Below, one piece after another: positions 35,808 through 44,441 of a DNA stretch of 47,406 bases. The notes under the pieces are model-generated. The model was not told the DNA's origin and made no database searches. It worked only from the letters and a program-made list of their open reading frames with translations. How positions within the stretch are numbered: the first letter of the stretch is position 1; every line of letters starts with the position of its first letter. Made by a program: the position numbers and the translations under genes. This DNA comes from a virus (lineage: Duplodnaviria; Caudoviricetes), in IMG/VR virus record IMGVR_UViG_3300028388_002571, positions 1 to 47,406 of that record. The stretch is one strand, 5' to 3'.

Positions 35808-36776
35808 TCAGGCGACGAGCTTCAGAGCGGCCTTCAGGGCGCGGGACTTGGTGGACGCCCCCTCCCCGAACCAGCCGTTGGAAAGCCGGCCGTTGTCGGA
35901 CCGGTAGTTGCGGCCGTGGTCTTCGAGGTACGTCACGCCATTGAGCAGGCCCCAGGCGGTGCCGGCGGTAGACGCGAGGTTTTGCCCCACGCCTCCCTCG
36001 ACGGCCTCCCACGCCTTCTTCATCTGGCGGGCCGACCAATCGTCCTGCTCGTCGAGCGGTTTGGCGGGATCGCCGAAGACCTCGATCAGCCAGTTGCGGG
36101 CCTCGAATTTGTCGACCTTGCGATCCGCCAGGGCCGTGACCAGATCGCCGAACTCGGCCCATGCCTTTTCCTTCAGGCCAAGCTGGACGCGCGCCTTTTC
36201 GGCGTCGAACTTCGTCGAGTGCGGGATGCGGAACGTCGGGGTGTTGCCCTGGGCGTCGGCCATGTGCAGCGTGTTCTGGCAGACCACCCGAACGGTGGTG
36301 AACTTGGCTGTGGTGGCCATCGAGCCGTCGAACGACGTGGCAAGCAGGAGGAACCCCTCGATGCGGTCCTGGCCCTTGACGACCAGATCGTCACCGACCC
36401 GGGCAAGCGCCCAGATGCGACGACCGTCATCAAGTGCCCCGGCGGTTTCCATCGACATGTCGCCGGCCGACAGGTACTCCTCGAAAAAGTCGAGGGCTTC
36501 GCGGGGCTGCACGATGCTGTAGCGGTCGGAGACGACGCCGAGCGGGAACTTGTTGTCGGACCGATAGACGACCTTGCGGTCGGCGATGGTTTCCATACCA
36601 AACGGGGTTTCGAACTGGACCGGCGCTTCGTGCGCTTCCCAGTCCAGACCGGCCTGTTGGGCCCAGACCTCAAGCGGCTGGCCTTCTTCGAGTTCCTGCC
36701 CGAGCCCGTGCCAGGGGCGACGGCCGATGTAGGCCATGTTTTCGCGGTTGTTGGTCATGTCGATCATGTGTGCCAT
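35808..36776 (-). CDS. DUF932-family phage/plasmid protein
   Basis: PWHGLG, AGLDW, METAGAL..GRRIW, SFDGS, VRVVCQNTL and GTAWGLLN motifs. Confidence 0.88.
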   Translation of the reverse strand: MAHMIDMTNNRENMAYIGRRPWHGLGQELEEGQPLEVWAQQAGLDWEAHEAPVQFETPFGMETIADRKVVYRSDNKFPLGVVSDRYSIVQPREALDFFEEYLSAGDMSMETAGALDDGRRIWALARVGDDLVVKGQDRIEGFLLLATSFDGSMATTAKFTTVRVVCQNTLHMADAQGNTPTFRIPHSTKFDAEKARVQLGLKEKAWAEFGDLVTALADRKVDKFEARNWLIEVFGDPAKPLDEQDDWSARQMKKAWEAVEGGVGQNLASTAGTAWGLLNGVTYLEDHGRNYRSDNGRLSNGWFGEGASTKSRALKAALKLVA

Positions 36777-36828
36777 TTGGTACTCCTGGTGGGGTTAAGC
36801 GCCGGGCCGTTATTAACCCGACAGCTAA

Positions 36829-36870
36829 ACTCTAAGCCCTTCCAGCCCCCGGCGCAATAGCTCGCAGGTA
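36829..36870 (-). promoter_or_regulatory. Leftward sigma70-type promoter with adjacent operator
   Basis: TTGCGC (36857-36852), 17-bp spacer, TAGAGT (36834-36829); TAGC-N5-GGTA site at 36858-36870. Confidence 0.6.
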
Positions 36871-36898
36871 AAGTCGGGAACAAAATTAACCCGGGCGA

Positions 36899-37189
36899 TC
36901 AGTGCATCGACGGATCAGGGCCGACGCCCATATCGCCGATCCAGCGCCGGAAGTGCTGAAGCTCGCGACCGATAGCCGCGCCGTTGGGCTTGTGGAGCGA
37001 GAAGGACAGATCGCCCTTGTCGGTTTCATGCACGTCGACCAGGGCGGCATACGCGACCAGCGCGCCCGAGTAGAACGACGCGAGGGCGTTCATCTTCGGG
37101 TTCACGAACGCAGACCGCTCAAGCGTTTCGGTGTAGAACTCCTGGAACTTCCGCAGGAGGAACGAAAATTCGGGGTCATTCGGGTACAT
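36899..37189 (-). CDS. Hypothetical protein
   Basis: GGAGG RBS before ATG 37189; 96 aa. Confidence 0.6.
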   Translation of the reverse strand: MYPNDPEFSFLLRKFQEFYTETLERSAFVNPKMNALASFYSGALVAYAALVDVHETDKGDLSFSLHKPNGAAIGRELQHFRRWIGDMGVGPDPSMH

Positions 37190-37532
37190 GGGAACCTCCC
37201 AGGACGGAGCGACGGAAAAAACGGACCAGGGCCGCCTCGGCGATATCGACCTCCGCGGAGAGCGCCATCCACTTCTTGCCGAAGGGATCGGGTTCCTCAC
37301 GTTTCAGGCCGATGGTGTGCTGGGCGTCGCCGTAGCGGACCACCAAGTCGCGGAAGTCGGATTCCAGCTCGTCGATGGCGGGCGGCTCGGCGCCGCCGTT
37401 CAGGTAAGCCACCCGGCGAGCGGCATCCTCGCGGACGATGTGGTCGGAGTCGGTCTGGAACCGGCCCTCCGGGTCGTAGAACCCGACCGTCCACAGGCCG
37501 GGCTCAGAGCGCAGATAAATCCAGTTGGTCAT
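37176..37532 (-). CDS. Phage hypothetical protein
   Basis: YLRSEPGLWTVGFYDP...AARRVAYLNGG; coupled to neighbours. Confidence 0.7.
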   Translation of the reverse strand: MTNWIYLRSEPGLWTVGFYDPEGRFQTDSDHIVREDAARRVAYLNGGAEPPAIDELESDFRDLVVRYGDAQHTIGLKREEPDPFGKKWMALSAEVDIAEAALVRFFRRSVLGGSHVPE

Positions 37533-37891
37533 ACCCCACCCCCGGCAGACAGGATCACGCGTTCCAGGAAGGCGATGTCGGCGTCGAGAGATTCGAGGAC
37601 ATCGGCATCGGCATTGTCATGCACCCGGCCCTCGGCATCGGCGCAGCCCTCGAAGAACACGTCGCGCTCCTGCCGAAGCCACGCCAGAGACCGCCGAGCC
37701 GCAGCCAGCAGCGCCGGAGCCGCAGCGATCAACCGGGCGTTGGCAGCCGGGTTATCGCGATGCAGGGCCGCGCCCGAGATGCCGGCGACGACCGCGCCAT
37801 CTTTGTCGAGGATCGTCCACCCGCCGTTGATGGTCGGTCGGGCCGACCAGGGTTCCAGGGTGTCGGGTTCGGGGAACAGGGCCGGCATCAC
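37529..37891 (-). CDS. Phage hypothetical protein
   Basis: ANARLIAAAPALL motif common in phage early proteins. Confidence 0.7.
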   Translation of the reverse strand: MMPALFPEPDTLEPWSARPTINGGWTILDKDGAVVAGISGAALHRDNPAANARLIAAAPALLAAARRSLAWLRQERDVFFEGCADAEGRVHDNADADVLESLDADIAFLERVILSAGGGV

Positions 37892-38139
37892 GCACCCCCC
37901 GCGGCAGCGCGCCGGGTGTTTTTCTCGGCAAGGCCGGCAGCGACGGAGGACTTGAACTCGGCCGAGTACTCCTCCAGGGCGAGGACGCGCAGTTCCTCGA
38001 CGCCATCATCGAGGGTTTTAGAGCCGGCCAGGACGGACGCCGCGGCGGCGCGAACGTCGCCCCAGCGCAAGATCGATGCCAGCGGCTTCGGGAGCTTCTG
38101 GACGAGCAACAGGGCCATGTCCAAGTCAGGTTTCAGCAT
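37888..38139 (-). CDS. Hypothetical protein, first gene of the leftward early operon
   Basis: 83 aa, AAGGAG RBS. Confidence 0.7.
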   Translation of the reverse strand: MLKPDLDMALLLVQKLPKPLASILRWGDVRAAAASVLAGSKTLDDGVEELRVLALEEYSAEFKSSVAAGLAEKNTRRAAAGGA

Positions 38140-38176
38140 TGGGGTCTCCTTGTCAGGTTCAGCGGCGCGGGAAACG

Positions 38177-38233
38177 TAGCGCCAAGCTAAACTCTAGACC
38201 CGAGCTTTACCTGCTGGCAATAGCGATCAGGTA
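38177..38233 (-). promoter_or_regulatory. PL-like promoter with three operator-like sites
   Basis: TTGCCA (38220-38215), 18-bp spacer, TAGAGT (38196-38191); sites at 38177-38189, 38208-38220 and 38221-38233. Confidence 0.65.
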
Positions 38234-38272
38234 ATTAATCGACTTGGTTTAACCCCGGAAACCGGAGCGCCC

Positions 38273-38702
38273 TCACCCAGGGTCGACGAAGGTTTGACAG
38301 ATTTTCAGCAGTCGAATCTGGTCGGTTTCGTCCAGCAGCCGAAAGCAGGTGAGCAGTTCCAGTTCGGATTTTTCGTTCGACGATAAGTCCGCATCGACGG
38401 TGATCCCGTACCGCAGGAGATCGCGCCGGAGCGCCGCCCGCCAGTCCTCCCTGGAGATCGCAAGCCAGTCGACAACATGCACCTTGTCGAGCCACCCGCT
38501 GGGTCGCTTAACCCGTTGTTCGATATAGCGCGCCAGCCGTTTTTCGATGACCTTCGACGGCGACTTTCCGATCAGCTGCGATAGCTGAGATTGCGACCTG
38601 TCGAGGCGATTAGAAAGGCCCGAGACCCCCCCCCAGGCTGTCGGCCAGTGCACGCGTGTTCCACAGACGGATTTCCTCCGCCGGCATGATGTCTTTGTCC
38701 AT
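38273..38702 (-). pseudogene. CI-like HTH repressor, frameshifted at a G9 tract (38626-38634)
   Basis: ATG 38702 reads MDKDIMPAEEIRLWNTRALADSLGGGLGPF*; removing one G joins it to GGVSGLSNRLDRSQSQLSQLIG...ARYIE...GWLD, a Cro/CI-type HTH; divergent from the cro-like gene. Confidence 0.8.
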
Positions 38703-38835
38703 ATCCCCTATCCCCAGGAGTGGCGAATTCGCCTCCTAAATTATCGCTCAAAGTTTAGCTGAGAGGTAGTGCGACAGAATGCTAGCCCGCAGGTAAAGCT
38801 CGGGGCTAAACTACAGGATAGAGTTTAGCCAGGAG
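38703..38835. promoter_or_regulatory. Divergent lysis-lysogeny switch region
   Basis: Between repressor and cro; TAGC-N5-GGTA at 38756-38768 and 38783-38795; GCAGGTAAAGCTCGGG shared in inverted form with the PL region. Confidence 0.75.
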
Positions 38836-39117
38836 ATGAACATGGATCTGCGTGAATACTATCTCGGCCTCACCGCCGAGGAGCGCGAAGCCTACGCGAA
38901 GCGGGCCGGGACGACGGTGGCCTACATGCCCCAGATCATCAACGTCCGGCCCTTCAAGACGCCGAAACCGCGCCTGATGAGGGCCCTCGCGACGGCCAGC
39001 GAGGGAGCGGTCAGCCTAGACGAAGTGCTCAGGCATTTCTACGGCACCGACGAGGACGACGAGGTGAGGGTGCGCGAGCCGAACCGGAGAGCGACGCCCC
39101 AGGCGACAGCGGGGTGA
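38836..39117 (+). CDS. Cro-like HTH regulator
   Basis: REAYAKRAGTTVAYMPQI...LATASEGAVS; AGGAG RBS; divergent from the repressor. Confidence 0.8.
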   Translation: MNMDLREYYLGLTAEEREAYAKRAGTTVAYMPQIINVRPFKTPKPRLMRALATASEGAVSLDEVLRHFYGTDEDDEVRVREPNRRATPQATAG

Positions 39118-40064
39118 GCGCGATGAGCGACAAGGGACGCTTGAGGTTGGTTATGGGCGACCTACCGGAACCGCCCTATCCGCCCGAGACAAAGGCCAAC
39201 GGCTACAAAGTCGAGTTTGACATACGGCGGATCAAGGCATCGAAGACGTGGCTACTGGCGCGCGAGGAGGTGAGGAACGTCCTTTTGCGCCTGTGGCTTG
39301 AGACCTGGGAGCTGGTTCCGTGCGGGAGCCTGGAGGACGACGACGACATGATCGCGGCCCTCACCGGGGTCAGCCGGGAGTGGCTACACGGTCACCGAGA
39401 GCAGTTGATGCGGGGTTGGCAGATGCACAGCGACGGCCGGCTCTACCACCCGTTCATCACCGGGATGGTGCTCGAAATGCTGCGCCGCAGACGGGGCGCG
39501 ACCGAGCGAATGGCGAAGTCCAGGGAGCGGGCGAAGTCACGCGATGTTACGCGTAACACGCCGAAACCTGACGCAACGTACGCGCAGGAACAGGAACAGG
39601 AACAGGAACAGGATATATCTACAGACCTCCCTAACGGGAGGTTGGTAACGCAGCAAGCTGCGTCACCCCCCCCTGCCCGGCAAAACGCGAACCAAACGCC
39701 TAAGCCGAACACCGACGAAATCGCCCAGGTTCTCGCCCACCTCAACGCGAAGACCGGAAGCCAGTTCCAGACCCGGAACAACACCGGGAAGCTCACCGCC
39801 AACGCCAAGCTCGTCCAGGCGCGCATTGCCGAACACGGGCAGCAAGCCCTCATCGCCGTGATCGACGCGAAGACCAAAGCGTGGATCAACGACCCAAAGA
39901 TGCGCGACTACCTGCGCCCCGAAACCCTGTTCGGCGCTCGCAAGTGCGAGCAGTACGTCGGACAGCTCACCGCCCAGGCGCGAAGCCCCCTCGACGGGTG
40001 GGCCGAGCGCATGCAGGGCACCCACACCACGATCAACGGAGAGTTCAGCCATGACCCCGAATGA
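39114..40064 (+). CDS. Replication initiator (O-like) with conserved phage C-terminal domain
   Basis: N-terminal LW..W..PCGSL.DDD and GRLYHP; EQEQEQ linker; C-terminal HLN.KTG, VID.K...W and YLRPETLFG. Confidence 0.8.
   Translation: MSAMSDKGRLRLVMGDLPEPPYPPETKANGYKVEFDIRRIKASKTWLLAREEVRNVLLRLWLETWELVPCGSLEDDDDMIAALTGVSREWLHGHREQLMRGWQMHSDGRLYHPFITGMVLEMLRRRRGATERMAKSRERAKSRDVTRNTPKPDATYAQEQEQEQEQDISTDLPNGRLVTQQAASPPPARQNANQTPKPNTDEIAQVLAHLNAKTGSQFQTRNNTGKLTANAKLVQARIAEHGQQALIAVIDAKTKAWINDPKMRDYLRPETLFGARKCEQYVGQLTAQARSPLDGWAERMQGTHTTINGEFSHDPE
39545..39642. repeat. Palindrome and (CAGGAA)n repeat inside the initiator gene; possible origin
   Basis: TGTTACGCGTAACA at 39545-39558, CAGGAA x4.8 at 39585-39613, CCTCCC-TAAC-GGGAGG hairpin; lambdoid origins lie inside the O-like gene. 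Confidence 0.4.
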
Positions 40065-40632
40065 CATTCACGCCTTCAAGCGGACGCTGGAGGGCCTGTT
40101 CCAGGTCTACGAGATACCCGCGACCGAGGACATCGCCACCGCGTGGTGGGCGGTAATGCAGCCGCTGACCATCGAGCAGTTCCAGAAGGCCGTCAGCCAG
40201 TACATCGCCACCGGGACCAACCGCCCCAGGCCGGCGCACATACTCGAGTTGGCCGGCGCGACGCTCAAGGCCCCGGACGTCGACACGTTCCTCGCCAAGT
40301 GCCACACCGTAACCGACGAGCCGATCTGGCTACTCGCCCGGGCCTGGATGGTCTACTACCACGACCAGCCGTATCCCGTGCGGAAGGAACGCGCCCAGGC
40401 GTTCCTCGCCGAGTGGGACAAACACCTCAAGCGCGCCCAGGAGGGACCGTTCGACCGGCAGGAAGAACACATCCTCCGCAAGTACCTCCCGCACTCGAAG
40501 CGCCCGCTCCCGGTACTGCTGCCGCACGAACGTGACGAGAACGGCGGCCGGAAGGCCCTCCCCGACGAGAAGACGGAGGGCGAACTCATCGCCGAGGCGG
40601 TGAAAACAGGGGCAGTGCAATGGATTCGCTGA
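40051..40632 (+). CDS. Putative helicase loader/replication accessory protein
   Basis: Follows the initiator; WW..M..L....F..A...Y......PRPAHI pattern. Confidence 0.55.
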   Translation: MTPNDIHAFKRTLEGLFQVYEIPATEDIATAWWAVMQPLTIEQFQKAVSQYIATGTNRPRPAHILELAGATLKAPDVDTFLAKCHTVTDEPIWLLARAWMVYYHDQPYPVRKERAQAFLAEWDKHLKRAQEGPFDRQEEHILRKYLPHSKRPLPVLLPHERDENGGRKALPDEKTEGELIAEAVKTGAVQWIR

Positions 40633-41036
40633 CCCGCGATGAACACGCAAAGCTGACAGCAGTCATCCGCACGATGTTTGCCGAGGCCGGCCGCGACGAG
40701 ACCGAGGCCCGGTGGTTCATGGACGACCTCTGCGCCCCGCTACACCCCCGCTGGGAAAGCGCCCGGCATCTCGGGACCGTCGCCAACGACAAGCCCAGGA
40801 TCGAGTTCGCCTATGCCGGCCGGATACTCGACAGCGCCCGGCGCTACCTCAGCCTCAGCCACAGCGACCGCGAACTGCTCAGGGCCGGAGTCGAAGACGG
40901 GGTGCGCTGGCGCGGCGAGCCGATACCCGTCTTCCTCGATGTCGTCAACGAGACATTGCAGATGCGCGAGATGGGTTTTTCGAAGTACCAGAACCACGTT
41001 CGCGGGTTGCTCGAAAACGCTGGCGTGGTAGTTTAG
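40620..41036 (+). CDS. Hypothetical protein
   Basis: 138 aa overlapping the previous stop. Confidence 0.6.
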   Translation: MDSLTRDEHAKLTAVIRTMFAEAGRDETEARWFMDDLCAPLHPRWESARHLGTVANDKPRIEFAYAGRILDSARRYLSLSHSDRELLRAGVEDGVRWRGEPIPVFLDVVNETLQMREMGFSKYQNHVRGLLENAGVVV

Positions 41037-41128
41037 CGGCGCGATAAGCTAACGCCTGCGACATTACCCCGATGGTCAGCGGGGGTAATGCAACGCAGCC
41101 CAAAGACAACAACCCAGCAGGAGACAAC

Positions 41129-41596
41129 ATGGGACTCGCAGTGACCTTCCCCTACGCGACGATTCAGCACCTCAACATCCGCCGCACCGGAGGAACCGAC
41201 GACGCCATCGTGGCCATCGACGTCAAGGTGCAGGGCGAAGTGCCCGCCCGGGAGATAGCCCTCGCCGCCGGCATGCTGCCGGACGAATTCGTCGAGTCCC
41301 TGTGGCGGCCGTCGGACGACGAGCGCGAGTTCGAGACCAAGCTGATCGGCGTGACCAAGATCGAGACCTGGGCGGCGTTCGAGCATCACAAGGTCCGCTT
41401 CGGACACGCCCGGCAGGTGTACGGGAAAGTCGCCAAGTTGAGCTTCACGCCGAAGGGCGGACAGGTGCCCACCGCGGAGACAATCCTGACGATCTCGGTC
41501 GACGAGCCGGCCGAGGCCCTGGTGAACGCCCTGGTCGAGAACATCAAGGGCGAGATGCGGGTCGAGATAGAGCCACCCCCGGAGCTAGACCTGTGA
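41129..41596 (+). CDS. Hypothetical protein
   Basis: AGGAG RBS before ATG 41129; 155 aa. Confidence 0.7.
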   Translation: MGLAVTFPYATIQHLNIRRTGGTDDAIVAIDVKVQGEVPAREIALAAGMLPDEFVESLWRPSDDEREFETKLIGVTKIETWAAFEHHKVRFGHARQVYGKVAKLSFTPKGGQVPTAETILTISVDEPAEALVNALVENIKGEMRVEIEPPPELDL

Positions 41597-41979
41597 ACCC
41601 GGCCGAAACACCCCCGCAGGCCGGCTGTGCGGCCCGTAGCGACGAGATCGCCGAAAAGACGGGCCAGCATAGCGGGACGCCTCAGAGGGCCGCTCAGAGC
41701 GCCTACGACGAAAACAGCATCCGCATCCTCGACGTAGCGGCCCAGCGGGAACGGTTCGGGTTCGCCGCCGCCCAGGCCCTCGCGCAGGACTACCCGAGCG
41801 TCCCCGCCGAGTTCATCGAGCGGATTCTGACCGCGGCCCAGATGGCCGGCGAGGACCGCGAAAGGGTGATCGCCCGGTACCTCGACCGCGACAAGTCAGT
41901 GCAGGTCAGCGACGAGTTCGCCGCGATCTACCGCGAGCTGATGAACGACCACCGCCGGAAGACAGGCGCGATCCGATGA
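41593..41979 (+). CDS. Hypothetical protein containing a GyrB-N-terminal-arm-like motif
   Basis: GTG start overlapping the previous stop, GGAG upstream; contains YDENSIRIL. Confidence 0.65.
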   Translation: MNPAETPPQAGCAARSDEIAEKTGQHSGTPQRAAQSAYDENSIRILDVAAQRERFGFAAAQALAQDYPSVPAEFIERILTAAQMAGEDRERVIARYLDRDKSVQVSDEFAAIYRELMNDHRRKTGAIR

Positions 41980-42180
41980 CCCGAGTTTTGCAGGCGCCCA
42001 GCGGCCCGGTGGCGCCATACAGGGGCGAGCACCGGCACTGCGACCATGCCCCCCGGGGAATAACCGGCCGCAGCCCGGGCGACGAGCGCTGCCCGCGAGG
42101 TCACTCCCGCCGCCGTGACCGGGCCGACTCGCCGCCGTAAGCGGCCACCACCCCCAACCGCAACCCAGGAGACCCACGCA

Positions 42181-42651
42181 ATGACCGACTCACCCACAGC
42201 CAACACCGTTGTCCTACTCGGCGAGGTCAGCAGCGACCCCGAAAGCCGGCAGACCGGCACCGGACGCCGCGTCGCCAACTTCCGCGTGAAGACCGAGCGC
42301 GAATGGACCGACCGATCAACCGGGGAGATCACCAAGCGCAGCCAGTACCACCGCATCGTCGCCTGGGGCCGCCGCGCCGAGTTCGCCGAGGAACTCACCC
42401 GAGGCCAGCGGGTACTAGTCACCGGCGAGCTACAGACCCGGAAATGGCAGGACCGCGACGGACAGGACCGCTGGGTCACCGAGGTAAACGCCGAGGAGAT
42501 TCACGACGGCACCGAAATCGCCAGCGTGACGGTCCAGGTCGACCAGCAGGCCGGCCGAGCCGCGCCCTCTACCCCACCGCCCCGCCGGGCCCAGGCCGCG
42601 CCCCAGGCAGCCGCACAGGGCGACGCCTTCAACGACGACATTCCGTTCTGA
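42181..42651 (+). CDS. ssb: Single-stranded DNA-binding protein
   Basis: NTVVLLG...DPE, HRIVAWG, G.LQTRKWQDRDG and C-terminal DDIPF; AGGAG RBS. Confidence 0.95.
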   Translation: MTDSPTANTVVLLGEVSSDPESRQTGTGRRVANFRVKTEREWTDRSTGEITKRSQYHRIVAWGRRAEFAEELTRGQRVLVTGELQTRKWQDRDGQDRWVTEVNAEEIHDGTEIASVTVQVDQQAGRAAPSTPPPRRAQAAPQAAAQGDAFNDDIPF

Positions 42652-42663
42652 CCACCCGACGCC

Positions 42664-43170
42664 ATGCTGAAAGAACTCGACCACGTTATCGTCACAGTGC
42701 ACGGGACGCCCGTCCCGAAAGGCCGAGCGCGCGCCCGGATCGCCAAAGGGCGAAACGGAAAGCAGTTCATAAGCCACTACACCCCGAAGAAAACCGCCGA
42801 GTGGGAAAACCGGGCCAAGATGGTCGCCAAGCTCGAGATGGGGCCCCGGAAGCCGATCACCCGCCCCGTCGCCCTGCACCTCAGCGTCTACATAGCGCCC
42901 CCGGGCGGCTGGCCAGAGTGGAAAAAGGAGGCCGCCATCGCCGGCGACATACGCCCGACCAGCAAGCCCGACCTCGACAACGTGGAAAAGGCCGTGAAGG
43001 ACGCGCTCAACGGGATCGTCTACGTCGACGACTCCCAGGTGGTGCAGACGACCCAGGCCAAACACTACGCCCTCGCCCCCGGTATCGCCGTCAAAATCGT
43101 GCCGCTCCCCGAGGCCCCCGCCCAGGTAGCCAACCGCCGAGAGTTCGAAAATGCTATGGCGAAAAGTTGA
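42664..43170 (+). CDS. rusA: RusA-family Holliday junction resolvase
   Basis: PVPKGRAR and KPDLDNVEKAVKDALNGIVYVDDSQV motifs. Confidence 0.93.
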   Translation: MLKELDHVIVTVHGTPVPKGRARARIAKGRNGKQFISHYTPKKTAEWENRAKMVAKLEMGPRKPITRPVALHLSVYIAPPGGWPEWKKEAAIAGDIRPTSKPDLDNVEKAVKDALNGIVYVDDSQVVQTTQAKHYALAPGIAVKIVPLPEAPAQVANRREFENAMAKS

Positions 43171-43384
43171 CGGCTATCACGCAACGAGCGATTGCGGCAA
43201 CTACCGGATCAGCCGGTCAAAACACGGCGACCGCTGGATATACCAAGCCTGGGGCCCCCGCGGCCCGGACCGCCACCCCAACCTCCTCGGCACCTACAGC
43301 GACCGCCAGCAGGCCATGGACGCCTGCACCAAACACGCCGACCCCGCCCGAAAAATAATCCCAAGGGTAAAGTCAAAGCGTTGA
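43151..43384 (+). CDS. Small hypothetical protein
   Basis: 77 aa overlapping the rusA end. Confidence 0.5.
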   Translation: MLWRKVDGYHATSDCGNYRISRSKHGDRWIYQAWGPRGPDRHPNLLGTYSDRQQAMDACTKHADPARKIIPRVKSKR

Positions 43385-43409
43385 CGGTAGCGCCCCGGTA
43401 AACCATTAT
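43381..43409 (+). promoter_or_regulatory. Sigma70-type promoter with operator in the spacer
   Basis: TTGACG (43381-43386), 17 bp, CATTAT (43404-43409); TAGC-N5-GGTA at 43388-43400. Confidence 0.6.
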
Positions 43410-43445
43410 TCCGCCGATGGGGATCAATACGGGGAACCACCGGCA

Positions 43446-44441
43446 ATGCCAGCGCCCGAGAACGCCGACGACAGCCAAGACACCAACGCCTTCCGCACCC
43501 GCATAATCGGGGAAGGCACCGAGAACCCGGAACAGCTACTTGCCAACCCGCTCAACTACCGCCGGCACCCCGCCGCGCAGTTGAACGCGCTCGAAGGCTC
43601 GCTCGACGAGATCGGGTGGATACAGCGGGTGATAGTCAACGAGCGCACCGGGCACCTGATCGACGGCCACGCCCGGGTCGAACTGGCCCTCCGGCGCGAC
43701 GAGCAAGCCATCCCCGTCCTCTACGTCGACCTCGACGAGCGCGAGGAACGCATCGCCCTGGCGACCCTCGACCCGATCACCGGCCTCGCCTACCACGACG
43801 AGGAACAGCTCGCCGACCTGCTCGAAGGGCTCACCGCCGAGAACGAGGCCCTCGCCGACTTCCTCACCGACCTCAACCCCGAGACCGAGGCCGCCCAGGC
43901 AGACGCCGCCCAGGTGCGCGAGAGTCTGACCGAGCAGTTCATCATCCCGCCGTTCACGGTACTCGACGCCCGGCAGGGCTACTGGCAGGACCGCAAGCGG
44001 CTGTGGATTTCGCTGGGCATCCGCTCAGAAAAGGGCCGCGGCCAGGACGGAGACAAGGCCGAGAAAGGCGGCCTGACCTTCAGCGTCAGCGCCCAGCCCG
44101 GGCACGTCCACGACCGCAAGCGCGAGATCGAAGCCCGCGACGGGAAGACCTACACCTGGGGCGAGTTCGCCGAAGCCTACCCCGAGGAGATCACGATGGC
44201 CGGCGACAGCATCTTCGACCCGGTGTTGTGCGAGATCGCCTATCGGTGGTTCTGCCCGCCAAAGGGGAAGATTCTCGACCCGTTCGCAGGCGGCAGCGTC
44301 CGCGGCGTCGTCGCAGCGACCCTGGGCTACAGCTACACCGGCATCGACCTCCGCGCCGAACAGATCGAAGCCAACAACGACAACTGGAACGAGATCAACG
44401 GCACCGACCCCGACGATAAGGGGGTCGAGTATGTCGCTTAA
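43446..44441 (+). CDS. ParB-like N-terminal domain fused to the SAM-binding half of a DNA amino-methyltransferase
   Basis: NPLNYRRH and LIDGHAR (ParB/Srx-like); FDPVLCE, ILDPFAGGSVRG (motif I) and GIDLR; no PPY motif in this ORF. Confidence 0.85.
   Translation: MPAPENADDSQDTNAFRTRIIGEGTENPEQLLANPLNYRRHPAAQLNALEGSLDEIGWIQRVIVNERTGHLIDGHARVELALRRDEQAIPVLYVDLDEREERIALATLDPITGLAYHDEEQLADLLEGLTAENEALADFLTDLNPETEAAQADAAQVRESLTEQFIIPPFTVLDARQGYWQDRKRLWISLGIRSEKGRGQDGDKAEKGGLTFSVSAQPGHVHDRKREIEARDGKTYTWGEFAEAYPEEITMAGDSIFDPVLCEIAYRWFCPPKGKILDPFAGGSVRGVVAATLGYSYTGIDLRAEQIEANNDNWNEINGTDPDDKGVEYVA

Noticed and set aside
32948-38179. Long plus-strand ORFs (629, 362, 428 and 425 aa) opposite the early genes
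   Set aside because: Antisense shadows of GC-rich coding genes, with no recognisable motifs
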